Positions 10,374 to 20,828 of a DNA stretch of 64,000 nucleotides are shown in pieces; the first letter of the stretch is position 1; each line of letters starts with the position of its first letter. This DNA comes from Candidatus Bathyarchaeota archaeon (GTDB lineage Archaea; Thermoproteota; Bathyarchaeia; 40CM-2-53-6; RBG-13-38-9). The translations under genes and the position numbers were made by a program. The notes under the pieces are model-generated. The model saw nothing but the letters and a program-made list of their open reading frames with translations, ran no database searches and was not told the origin of the DNA. The stretch covers positions 3,475 through 67,474 of the forward strand of contig JAOZGX010000047.1 of the NCBI GenBank assembly GCA_026015185.1, in the 5' to 3' direction.

Positions 10374-12041
10374 ATGTCTCAATCAGAAGTAATATCTGCT
10401 AATGTTGGTGGTCAACCCGTTCTAATACTAAAGGAGGGTACGCAAAGAAATACGGGCAAGGAAGCTCAGAAGAATAATATCATGGCAGCGAAAATTGTAT
10501 CCGAGTCGGTAAGATCTTCTCTTGGCCCAAAAGGCATGGATAAAATGCTTGTAGACAGCTTCGGTGATGTTACAGTAACTAATGACGGGGCAACAATTCT
10601 AAAAGAAATAGATGTGCAACATCCAGCTGCAAAGATGATGGTAGAAGTATCAAAGGCTCAAGATGATGAGGTTGGTGATGGAACTACAACGGCTGTAGTT
10701 CTTGCAGGTGAACTGCTCAGCAAAGCAGAGGATCTCATTGATAAGGAAATCCACCCAACGGTCATTGTCGATGGCTACCGCAAAGCATCAGAAAAAACAC
10801 TGGAGTTGTTAAAAGACATAAGTACAAAAGTTGATCCTGATGATAAGAATGTTCTAAAGAAAGTGGCCATTGTTTCTCAAATAAGTAAACTATTAGCCGA
10901 CCATGCTGACTTCATAGCAGATCTAACAGTAGGAGCTGTATTACATGTAGCTGAAAAAACTCCAGAAGGATATAAGGCAGATATTGAGGATATCAAGGTA
11001 GAGAAAAAAGCTGGGGAATCACTTACTGATACAAGATTGATTAAGGGAATTGTTTTGGACAAAGAAGTTGTCCATACAGGCATGCCAAAGAGATTGGAAA
11101 ATCCCAAGATCGCTCTACTTAATTGTCCATTAGAAGTTGAAAAAACTGAGTTCGATGCAAAGATAAATATTCAAAATCCTGATCAGATGAAGGCATTTCT
11201 AGATGAGGAAGAAAATCTACTCAAAGACATGGTTGAAAAATTATCTTCAAGTGGGGTCAATCTAGTAGTCTGTCAAAAAGGCATTGACGATATGGCACAA
11301 CATTACTTAGCAAAGAAAGGAATAGCTGCTGTGAGAAGAGCTAGTGAGAAAGATCTGGAGAAACTGGCTAGAGCTACTGGTACCAGAATAGTCACTAATG
11401 TTGATGATCTTAGCTCAAAGGATTTAGGAACAGCAGGACTATTCGAAGAGCGAAAGATCGGAGATGATAAGATGACATTCATAGAGGAGTGCAAGAGTCC
11501 TAGGGCAGTTACTATACTAATTCGTGGTGCAACTGAGAGGATAATAAACGAGGCTGAAAGGTCGATACACGATGCATTATGTGTAGTCAGGGATGTTGTA
11601 AGGGACCCAAGAATCGTAATCGGTGGAGGGGCTATCGAGGTCGAATTATCTGTCAATCTTGATGAGTGGGCTGAAAAAGAGTCAGGAAGAGAACAGCTTG
11701 CAATAAAGGCTTTCGCTGAATCCTTGGAAGCTATTCCCACTGTTTTAGCAGAGAACGCAGGTTTGGATCCAATAGACATAATGGTCAACCTAAGAGCTGC
11801 ACATGAGAAAGGCGAAAAATGGGCAGGAATCGATTTGTTTGAGGGAAAAATCAAGGATCTTTACAAAGAAGGTGTATATGAACCAGCCGTTGTGAAAGAA
11901 CAGATTGTCAAATCAGCTGGCGAAGCTGCAAATATGATCCTAAAGATTGATGATGTCATCGCATCCTCCAAGACTAGAGAAGGCCCAATGCCCCCTGGTG
12001 GAGGACCTCCAGGTGGAATGGGTGGAGAAGACCTAGAGTAG
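10374..12041 (+). CDS. ths: Thermosome (group II chaperonin) subunit, paralog 2
   Basis: Same family motifs as paralog 1 and a glycine-rich C-terminal tail. About 60% identical to paralog 1. Confidence 0.9.
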   Translation: MSQSEVISANVGGQPVLILKEGTQRNTGKEAQKNNIMAAKIVSESVRSSLGPKGMDKMLVDSFGDVTVTNDGATILKEIDVQHPAAKMMVEVSKAQDDEVGDGTTTAVVLAGELLSKAEDLIDKEIHPTVIVDGYRKASEKTLELLKDISTKVDPDDKNVLKKVAIVSQISKLLADHADFIADLTVGAVLHVAEKTPEGYKADIEDIKVEKKAGESLTDTRLIKGIVLDKEVVHTGMPKRLENPKIALLNCPLEVEKTEFDAKINIQNPDQMKAFLDEEENLLKDMVEKLSSSGVNLVVCQKGIDDMAQHYLAKKGIAAVRRASEKDLEKLARATGTRIVTNVDDLSSKDLGTAGLFEERKIGDDKMTFIEECKSPRAVTILIRGATERIINEAERSIHDALCVVRDVVRDPRIVIGGGAIEVELSVNLDEWAEKESGREQLAIKAFAESLEAIPTVLAENAGLDPIDIMVNLRAAHEKGEKWAGIDLFEGKIKDLYKEGVYEPAVVKEQIVKSAGEAANMILKIDDVIASSKTREGPMPPGGGPPGGMGGEDLE

Positions 12042-12049
12042 TAGAAACT

Positions 12050-12072
12050 ACTTATTTTCTTTTTTTTTGAAT
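12050..12072 (+). terminator. T-rich archaeal terminator-like tract after the thermosome genes
   Basis: cttattttctttttttttg lies immediately after the stop codon. Confidence 0.35.
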
Positions 12073-12124
12073 ATTTTCTAGATATTCTGGCATTAGCGAA
12101 AGCTTACAATTAGAAAATTCGATA

Positions 12125-12559
12125 CTATTCCACTAATAATTTTCCATCAGGAAGTATCAAAATCGATAGGGTTTTTGTTACTCTCTTTTTACTGATTTTA
12201 TCCCTGCCTTTAATCTTAATTCTATCCAACAATTCTACGCAATCGGTTCCTATCCTTATGTTGGCTTTATCAGCATTTTTTAGAATAATGTTAGCTATAT
12301 CGAGAACATGCGTTTTTGGTTTAATAAAAATTCTAATAGCCATCCCGAGATCTTTTAAAGCCTCAATAGTTTCTCTTGCACGATCAATATTTCTATGTGC
12401 CCTACTTTCAAGAATAGTGATATTCTCCCTACTAGTGCTTAGTTTTTTAGCCACTTCTTCTTGCGTAAGTCCTTTGTTTCTTAATTTTAATACTTGTATC
12501 TGACGGTCCGTCAATAATGTAATCGAATCTTTAGTCAAATCATAGATCGCCTTATTCAA
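12125..12559 (-). CDS. tfx: Tfx-family DNA-binding protein
   Basis: 144 aa. N-terminal sigma-70 region-4-like HTH (LTDRQIQVLKLRNKGLTQEEVAKKLSTSRENI) plus the C-terminal domain typical of archaeal Tfx. Confidence 0.6.
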   Translation of the reverse strand: MNKAIYDLTKDSITLLTDRQIQVLKLRNKGLTQEEVAKKLSTSRENITILESRAHRNIDRARETIEALKDLGMAIRIFIKPKTHVLDIANIILKNADKANIRIGTDCVELLDRIKIKGRDKISKKRVTKTLSILILPDGKLLVE

Positions 12560-13025
12560 CTAAGCATGGATTCATTTTATCTATGGATTATTTTGGATTA
12601 ATTTTGTTATTGCACATTTTATCTAATTTGTTAAGTAAGCAATAATATTTACTGATTTATAACTAGTAAGCAATTATTTATAATTTATCTTAAATGTTTC
12701 CTTCATATTAATTTAAACTAATAGAATTCAATCTAAAAATGATGAGTTTCACCAGAACATCTTTTAGTGAAAGATGTCGCCTACAACACTAACACTCAGC
12801 TTCACAGAGGTGCTTCGCCCCACTTTGCTGAGCTCTCTCAGAGGCAGGCATTTATTGGTGCTCAACATTTATTCGTAAATTCACATAGCGACAAAGATCT
12901 AAAATAAATATATGCTAAAAGTAATTTCTGCGAGATAAAAATCATATGTTTAACTTTATAGAAGAATTATTTCATAGAACGAATTTATATTCGTGACAAA
13001 TGTAATTTTTAGAAGGTGTTAGTGA

Positions 13026-14048
<1,023 letters not shown>

Positions 14049-14056
14049 TGATATGA

Positions 14057-15277
14057 TTGTCTGAGTTCCTAACCTTAGACGATGTTGATGTCAAAAAAAA
14101 GGTTGTATTATTAAGGGTTGACATAAACGTCCCATATGATCCTCAAACAGGTTCTATATCAGATAGTGAAAGGTTAAGAGCTCATGCAGAAACTGTGAGA
14201 GAATTATCAGATAAAAGCGGCAGAATAGTTGTTTTAGCTCATCAGGGAAGGAAAGGGGAGCAAGATTTTATTCACCTTAATCAACATGCTGATTTCTTAA
14301 GCAAGCATTCCAATAAAGAAATCAAATATGTTGAAGATGTGATTGGTAAAGCGGCAGTAGGTGGTATTAAGAATCTTAGAGAGGGAGAAGTTCTACTTTT
14401 AGATAATGTTAGGCTGCTCGATGATGAAACCATAGAAAAAAGTATTGAAGAACATGCCAATAGTAAACTAGTCTATACTCTCTCACCTTTGGCTGATGTA
14501 TTCGTTAATGATGCTTTCTCAGTAGCACATAGGGCTCATGCTTCAATAATTGGATTCACAGCTAGGTTGCCTTCATTTGCAGGAAGAGTAATGGAGCGAG
14601 AAATAAAATCCTGTGAAAAGGCGTTGAATCCTGAAAGGCCAAATGTATTCATCCTAGGTGGAGCAAAACCCAAGGATTATGTTAAAATTCTTGATCATAT
14701 GCTAAGTAAAGGGATTCTAACTGAAGTATTAACATGTGGTTTGTTAGGTCAACTTTTCTTATTAGCCAATGGTATAGATATAGGTCAAGCAAGTACTGAG
14801 GTTCTAAAGAAAAAAGGTGTATTTTATTTAATTGAGAAATTGAAGGATCTTTATACCGAATACGAGGAAAGAATTAAAATTCCATTAGATGTTGCTGAAG
14901 AAGTAAACGATGCAAGAGTTGAAAGGAAAATAAATGAGCTACCCTGTGAAGGACCTATAATGGATATAGGTAATAACACAATTGAAAAATATAAAGAGAT
15001 TCTAAAAAGTGCAAAAACCATAGTTGTAAAGGGCCCGGCAGGAGTATATGAAAAAAAGGGGTTTGGATTAGGGACTCGCAATTTATTAGACGAAATCAGC
15101 AAATCCAAAGGTTTTACGCTAATTGGTGGTGGTGACACTTCAGTAGCTGTTGCAAAGTTAGGTTTCAAATCTGATAATTTCTCATATGTCAGCATAGCTG
15201 GAGGTGCACTTATCACTTATTTATCAGGAAAAGATATGCCTGGTGTGAGGGCTCTAAAAGAGGTTGCAAAGCGTTAA
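14057..15277 (+). CDS. pgk: Phosphoglycerate kinase
   Basis: 406 aa with archaeal PGK architecture (RVDINVP, ILGGAKP-KD, GGGDT). TTG start directly after gap. Confidence 0.8.
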   Translation: MSEFLTLDDVDVKKKVVLLRVDINVPYDPQTGSISDSERLRAHAETVRELSDKSGRIVVLAHQGRKGEQDFIHLNQHADFLSKHSNKEIKYVEDVIGKAAVGGIKNLREGEVLLLDNVRLLDDETIEKSIEEHANSKLVYTLSPLADVFVNDAFSVAHRAHASIIGFTARLPSFAGRVMEREIKSCEKALNPERPNVFILGGAKPKDYVKILDHMLSKGILTEVLTCGLLGQLFLLANGIDIGQASTEVLKKKGVFYLIEKLKDLYTEYEERIKIPLDVAEEVNDARVERKINELPCEGPIMDIGNNTIEKYKEILKSAKTIVVKGPAGVYEKKGFGLGTRNLLDEISKSKGFTLIGGGDTSVAVAKLGFKSDNFSYVSIAGGALITYLSGKDMPGVRALKEVAKR

Positions 15278-15317
15278 ATCAAGTACCCAGATTTTCAAAC
15301 TAAAGGAAATGTAGAAG

Positions 15318-16403
15318 ATGGATCTTGAAAAAAGATTGAGTCAAATCACCAAGAATGTAAAAGAGATTGTGACTATTGAAGAGTTAAGAAAACTCATTGA
15401 AACAGAGAAACGCCCTAAAGCATACTGGGGATTTGAGTGCTCCGGCCTGATGCATTTAGGAATGGGGCTTGTATGTGGTAATAAGATCAGGAATTTAGTA
15501 GATGCAGATTTTGATTTCACTATTTTTCTAGCTGATTGGCATTCTTGGATTAACAATAAACTAGGAGGAGATATAGAGAATATTAGGATTTGCGGTGAGT
15601 ATTTCAAGCATTGCTTCACTGCAATTGGAATCCCACCTGATAAAGTAAATTATCTATGGGCCTCTGATTTGGTAAAAGGTTCTGACTATTGGGAGAAGGT
15701 AATAAAGATCGCCAAAGAGACATCTCTTCAAAGAGTATCAAGAGCATTACCTATAATGGGTAGGCAACTAAAGCAGGAGGATATCGAAGCTGCATCAATA
15801 TTCTATCCTTGTATGCAAGCAGCTGATATTTTTCAGATAGGTGTTGATGTTGCGTGTGCTGGTATGGATCAAAGAAAAGCACATATGCTAGCTAGAGATG
15901 TTGCCGAGAAATTAGGTTTTAAGAAAAGTATAAGCTTGCACACACCGCTCTTGATGGGTTTGTCTGATCCAAAAAAATCTAGTGAGGTTTATGATGAGGA
16001 TTCAGATTTAAGTAAGCAAATAACAACAAAGATGTCAAAAAGTATCCCTGGAAGCTCAATATATATTCATGATTCTCCAGAGGAGATAAAGAAAAAAATT
16101 CAAAATGCATACTGCCCACCCAAGCAAGTAGAAGAGAACCCTATGATTGAAATTATTAAATACATCATTCTTCCTGAAAGGACAGAATTCGAAGTTGTAA
16201 GACCTGAGAAATATGGTGGAAATATTAGCTTCACCAGTCTTGACGAAATAATAGAATTATATCGAAAGGAGGCTATTCATCCGCTCGATCTTAAGAATAG
16301 CGTGGCTGAAAGCCTCATAGAAATATTGAAAAGAGTCAGAGATTATTTTGAAAAGAATCCAGAGCCTTTAGAAGCCATGAATAAGATAGAAGTTACAAGA
16401 TAG
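15318..16403 (+). CDS. tyrS: Tyrosyl-tRNA synthetase (archaeal type)
   Basis: Class I HIGH-like motif (GLMHLGMG) and KMSKS (KMSKS present). The C-terminus is near-identical in pattern to M. jannaschii TyrRS (NPMIEI.KY...PEK.GG...LKN.VAE). Confidence 0.85.
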   Translation: MDLEKRLSQITKNVKEIVTIEELRKLIETEKRPKAYWGFECSGLMHLGMGLVCGNKIRNLVDADFDFTIFLADWHSWINNKLGGDIENIRICGEYFKHCFTAIGIPPDKVNYLWASDLVKGSDYWEKVIKIAKETSLQRVSRALPIMGRQLKQEDIEAASIFYPCMQAADIFQIGVDVACAGMDQRKAHMLARDVAEKLGFKKSISLHTPLLMGLSDPKKSSEVYDEDSDLSKQITTKMSKSIPGSSIYIHDSPEEIKKKIQNAYCPPKQVEENPMIEIIKYIILPERTEFEVVRPEKYGGNISFTSLDEIIELYRKEAIHPLDLKNSVAESLIEILKRVRDYFEKNPEPLEAMNKIEVTR

Positions 16404-16589
16404 AGTCGATCGACAACGACAAGTATTAAAAGAAAGCTAGAGAGAATAGAGAAAGTTCTAGATAAAATATCATCAAGTTCTGAGAGAGGCATCCCTATAA
16501 TAGTAGAAGGAAAAAAAGATGAATGTTCTTTAAGACGATTACAGATACAAGGCAAGATAATTTGCATTCAATCAACTAGGGAAAATCTG

Positions 16590-16829
16590 ATGGACTCGTT
16601 GAATGTTGTAAGGAATTTTAATGAAATACTAGTGTTAACTGATTTTGATCGTAAAGGAGAAGAACTAGCAAAATTTATAGAACAGGAACTCTCTTCCATG
16701 AGAATTAAGTCCAACTTTAGGATATGGAAAGAGTTGAAGGGGCTTACAAGCCATGATCTCAATGAAATTGAGGGGTTATCAAAATATGTTGAGAATCTTA
16801 GGCTTAAAATGAGAAATGAAGATAGATAA
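16590..16829 (+). CDS. Small Toprim-domain protein (N-terminus probably extends upstream to about 16425)
   Basis: A Toprim-like motif IPIIVEGKKDE plus DFDRKGEEL is encoded in frame. It lies partly upstream of the first ATG and in the same frame as tyrS. Confidence 0.45.
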   Translation: MDSLNVVRNFNEILVLTDFDRKGEELAKFIEQELSSMRIKSNFRIWKELKGLTSHDLNEIEGLSKYVENLRLKMRNEDR

Positions 16830-16847
16830 AATAGAGCGATATATGAT

Positions 16848-16965
16848 GGGCCGGTAGTTCAGCCCGGTATACCTTTAATACAAAGGGCCAAAGAACGTCC
16901 GGTTTGCAAGGTATTTTACCCAAAATGCCGGAAAGCCGCGGGTTCAAATCCCGCCCGGTCCACCA
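16848..16965 (+). tRNA. tRNA-Ala (UGC) with two intron-like insertions (D-arm ~23 nt; anticodon-loop region ~18 nt), CCA encoded
   Basis: Acceptor stem GGGCCGG/CCGGUCC with a G3:U70 pair. Anticodon stem UCCGG/CCGGA with loop UUUGCAA, and T-arm GCGGG-UUCAAAU-CCCGC. 118 nt against 77 nt mature. Confidence 0.8.
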
Positions 16966-17281
16966 TAAAAATTATCCGGACCCATTTTTCTAAAGATATC
17001 TAATAGAGTACATTATTCAAATTATAGCGCTCGCAAAATAACCATATACACATATAAATATCATGAACTTTAATGCATAATACAATTTGGTGTTTAAAAG
17101 GCTTAAAGATAATGTTTTATTGTTTAGTTAAGATTGAGAGAAAAGAATATTTAAGAGGAGTTTTGGATGGGCAAACAAAGAATGGTTAAGAAACCTAAAA
17201 AGAAAAAAGAGAAGGAAAATAAAGCCTAGTTGATGCCACTCGGTCAATCAAAATTATAGTTGTAGAAGATTTACTGCCAAA

Positions 17282-17893
17282 CTATTTTTTACTTTTTTGA
17301 CCTATTGGGCAAGCTTTCATGCATTCAAAACAATCATAGAAGATGCCTGAAGTTGTGGATTGCCAAATCCTCCAAAATGTGGGGTCCAAAAAATAATTTT
17401 TTAGATAATTGTCGATATCATTCGTATCCACTATTTTTTTTCTAAGACCAATCAAGCCAAGTATGCCGTATTTTATGTTCTCCTTAACGCATTTATTGAC
17501 ATCAACCCCATCATCGGTTATAGCATTAACTGGACATGCACTAGCACAAAACTTTTCACAACCTTTGCAAAGATTTTCATGATACTCTTCATCCTGCTCC
17601 AATTCAGCTGAAGTCAGAACTGTAGCTAACCTAACCTTGGTCCCTAAATTTGGAGTTACTAATAATCGGCAATACCCCAAGCAACCTAAGCCTGCCTTTG
17701 CTGCAAGATGTCTATGTGAAACATCACCGAAAAGACCTTTAGTTTCAATGCTCATTTCGACTGGGATATATGGTGAAAATGTTATTGCTTCATATCCTTT
17801 CTTTTCAAGAAATCTAACAAGCCTATAGGATATTTGACTTAATTCTTGCATTATACCATAGGTGTCGTATTGAAGTGGCCTGATATTTTTCAA
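17282..17893 (-). CDS. 4Fe-4S cluster protein (QueG/reductive-dehalogenase-like ferredoxin domain); N-terminus likely extends upstream
   Basis: CxxCxxxCP motifs (CKGCEKFCASACP; CFECMKACP). The open frame continues upstream to about 18040 with conserved-looking sequence and no canonical start. Confidence 0.45.
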   Translation of the reverse strand: MKNIRPLQYDTYGIMQELSQISYRLVRFLEKKGYEAITFSPYIPVEMSIETKGLFGDVSHRHLAAKAGLGCLGYCRLLVTPNLGTKVRLATVLTSAELEQDEEYHENLCKGCEKFCASACPVNAITDDGVDVNKCVKENIKYGILGLIGLRKKIVDTNDIDNYLKNYFLDPTFWRIWQSTTSGIFYDCFECMKACPIGQKSKK

Positions 17894-18249
17894 TCTGAAA
17901 GTACTATTTGAATGCTTACATCCAATTACTATGGCTTTATTGAATTGGTTAATATCTTTTTTATCTTCTATTTTATAATCAGAACTGCCGAAATCGCATA
18001 TACCAACTAAATTAGCGCCTGATTTCTCTGCGCATTCCTTTATCTGAGTGGATAATTTAAAAATTAATACACCTTCTGCTTATCATCAAATTCATTATCA
18101 TTAATTTTAATTCTATGGAATATATATCGGTATTCTCTTTTTTTTAGTTTGTATTATGTAATAAATCACAAAATTTTAGAGTAATAACCTACAATTAAGT
18201 GAAATTTTTAATTCTTTGCATTCTATTATGATAATTGGGCAACTAAACT

Positions 18250-19533
18250 TTGAAAGTGATCGCAGATTTTCATATACATTCTAGATATAGCCGTGCAACC
18301 AGTAAGAATATGGATCTAATTGAAATCTCACGTTTCTGCAAGATTAAAGGATTAAACCTAATCGGCACCGGAGATTTTACTCACCCCAAATGGCTAAGCG
18401 AATTGAGAGAAGGATTAACGGAAATTGATGGAAGCGGTTTGTATAGACTCTCACATAATGAGAAGGACCCCACGCTTTTCATGATAAGCGGAGAAGTTTG
18501 CACAATCTTTAACCGTAATGAAAAGAGCCATAGAATTCATCATGTAATCCTTGCACCAAGTTTAGATAATGCAGAACAAATATCTGATGCTCTTCAGAAA
18601 TATGGAGACCTTGATGTAGATGGAAGACCCTTCCTCAAGATGAATGCTGCTCATTTAGTTGAAATCATCTCAGAATTATCAAATCAAAATGTAATTTTTC
18701 CTGCTCATGCTTGGACTCCGTGGTATAGTGTCTTCGGCTCAATTTCAGGATTTGATTCTTTAGAAGACTGCTATGAAGATTTTTCACATAAGATTTTTGC
18801 ATTAGAAACTGGACTTTCTTCGGACCCGTTAATGAATTGGAGAGTAAGTGATTTAGATAATTTGGCTTTACTATCAAACTCAGATAGTCATTCAGCCTGG
18901 CCTTGGAGGATTGGTAGAGAGGCTAATGTCTTTGAACTGAATAAAATGACATATAATGATATAATTGATTCAATAAAAAGCAGAAATGATAATTTTCTTT
19001 TTACAATAGAGACTAATCCTGCCTATGGAAAATATCATTGGACAGGACACAGAAATTGTGGAATTTCTTTCCCTGCAAAAGATGCAATGTCTCGGGGCAA
19101 TGTTTGTCCCATATGTCGTAAAAAATTGACTAAAGGTGTTGAACAACGGGTTGAGGAAATGGCCGACCGAGAAATCGGTTATAAACCTTCAAATGCCAAA
19201 GACTTTTTCCATCTTCTTCCACTTTCAGAGATAATAGCATTTATACTTGGAAAGGAACAATTGGCCAGCCCTAAAATCTGGGAAGTATATAACTCTCTTA
19301 TTAAAAAATTCGATAATGAATATTCCGTACTTATTGATGCAAAAAAAGAGGGTATAACGATGGTTGCTGGAAAAGAAATTGCTGACACAATAATTGGGAT
19401 AAGAGAAGGGAGAATGAGAGTCGAGCCTGGTTATGATGGTGTTTATGGTAAACTCGAAAAAAAAGACAAATTAGACAGACAAAAAACAAAAGAAGTCAAG
19501 AAGATTACTAATCTTGATGATTATATTAACTAA
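18250..19533 (+). CDS. Endonuclease Q-like (PHP domain + C-terminal zinc ribbon)
   Basis: N-terminal DFHIHSRYSRATS PHP motif, as in Pyrococcus EndoQ, and a C-terminal CPICRKKL zinc ribbon. 427 aa. Confidence 0.6.
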   Translation: MKVIADFHIHSRYSRATSKNMDLIEISRFCKIKGLNLIGTGDFTHPKWLSELREGLTEIDGSGLYRLSHNEKDPTLFMISGEVCTIFNRNEKSHRIHHVILAPSLDNAEQISDALQKYGDLDVDGRPFLKMNAAHLVEIISELSNQNVIFPAHAWTPWYSVFGSISGFDSLEDCYEDFSHKIFALETGLSSDPLMNWRVSDLDNLALLSNSDSHSAWPWRIGREANVFELNKMTYNDIIDSIKSRNDNFLFTIETNPAYGKYHWTGHRNCGISFPAKDAMSRGNVCPICRKKLTKGVEQRVEEMADREIGYKPSNAKDFFHLLPLSEIIAFILGKEQLASPKIWEVYNSLIKKFDNEYSVLIDAKKEGITMVAGKEIADTIIGIREGRMRVEPGYDGVYGKLEKKDKLDRQKTKEVKKITNLDDYIN

Positions 19534-19544
19534 GGATATAGGAT

Positions 19545-20162
19545 CTATTCAAAATTCTGGTCCAGTTTCTTTTCTTCCGATTCTTTGATAATATCTTCTA
19601 CATCTTTTTTTTCTAGAAACAAAAAGTTCAGATTTTGTTCGATCGATTTTGATGCTTTTGTATATTTGCTACTCTCAATTTTTCCTTCTTTCTTTCCAGT
19701 TCTTATCTCTACTAAAAAGTTTGTTAATTCATTGATTTGTCTGTCTAATTCTTCTTGTCGTTGCTTCATGCTACTAATGAATTCATTATTCTGTCCCTTC
19801 AATGAATCTATCGATTGCTTCTGATTGGCTTTGAGATTTTCATAGATTTCTTTACTTACTTCTTCCTTCTCCAGCATTGCCTCCAGGGCATCCATTCTGC
19901 TTCGGAATGTATTGAGCTCTTTTATCATTTGTTCAGCCTGAATTTTCCATTCTGGTATGATTACTATCTCATCTTTATTCGTCATCATTTGCTCTGCGGA
20001 ATATTTGACTAATCTGCCTTCACTTTGATCTACCTTAATGGATTCTAATTCGCCATCAGAATTCTTTAAAATCGCCACAACTTGACCTAAATAACGTCCA
20101 TAGATGTCCCTAGTCTTTTTTCCAAAGAAATGTTTCATTTCAATATTAGAAAATGAAAACAT
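19545..20162 (-). CDS. cdvA: CdvA (PRC-barrel + coiled-coil cell-division protein)
   Basis: N-terminal PRC-barrel-like region (GRYLGQVVAI...IVIIPEW) followed by a long coiled coil and an acidic C-terminus. Adjacent to a cdvB. Confidence 0.7.
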   Translation of the reverse strand: MFSFSNIEMKHFFGKKTRDIYGRYLGQVVAILKNSDGELESIKVDQSEGRLVKYSAEQMMTNKDEIVIIPEWKIQAEQMIKELNTFRSRMDALEAMLEKEEVSKEIYENLKANQKQSIDSLKGQNNEFISSMKQRQEELDRQINELTNFLVEIRTGKKEGKIESSKYTKASKSIEQNLNFLFLEKKDVEDIIKESEEKKLDQNFE

Positions 20163-20200
20163 ACTTTCAACGACTGTTTATTTTATTTCCTAAAAGAGTA

Positions 20201-20818
20201 TCAGATTTTTGATTCCTTAGTAGGTATTGGTGGAATCTCTGGAAGCGTTTCCTTCATCTTCTGTTCAGCTACAGCCGTGGCTTCATCCAAGATTTTATTA
20301 CCTTCTTCTGTTGGAATTGATGTATCAACTGATTGATCAGTAGCATCTCCTATCTCTACAACCATATTTTGTAATGTTTCACCAATGTCTGATAATTCAT
20401 TAGAGATGTCAGGAAGAATGCTCACAAGCTGTGACTTGATTCCGTCAATTACGCTAAGAACAGATCCCATTAGATATGTGTACTCTCCAAAGTCTTTAAT
20501 CGTCTCCAGTCGTAATTTTACCTGTTCCAGAGCAAGTTGACTTTTTATTGTTGTCATCATAATTTTCCGTATTTCTGCACATTCGTTCGCATACATTGTA
20601 GCCATTTCATTTTTCTTTGATTGCAAAGCAGAAACACATTTCTTGTATAATTCTTTGTCTCTATTTTGTAATTGATATGATTTTCTCTCTAAATGCTTAA
20701 GTTGAACAGAAAGTCGATGGAGAGTCGAAGTAATCTTTCGTTTCATTGGGGTTGGATGTATAGCTTCCTTTATTCTTTCTGTAAATGATGGTTTTTTTCT
20801 AAACACTATTTTTCTCAA
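20201..20818 (-). CDS. cdvB: CdvB (ESCRT-III/Snf7 family) with proline-rich MIM2-like C-terminus
   Basis: Snf7 core (MYANECAEIRK.., LALEQVKLRLETIKDFGE) and a C-terminal LPEIPPIPT motif. Confidence 0.8.
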   Translation of the reverse strand: MRKIVFRKKPSFTERIKEAIHPTPMKRKITSTLHRLSVQLKHLERKSYQLQNRDKELYKKCVSALQSKKNEMATMYANECAEIRKIMMTTIKSQLALEQVKLRLETIKDFGEYTYLMGSVLSVIDGIKSQLVSILPDISNELSDIGETLQNMVVEIGDATDQSVDTSIPTEEGNKILDEATAVAEQKMKETLPEIPPIPTKESKI

Positions 20819-20828
20819 CTCTTTATTT

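Noticed and set aside
17166-17228. 20-codon highly basic mini-ORF (MGKQRMVKKPKKKKEKENKA) downstream of tRNA-Ala
   Set aside because: It is reminiscent of tiny basic ribosomal proteins, but has no recognisable match, is an A-rich sequence likely to be open by chance, and lacks an SD motif.
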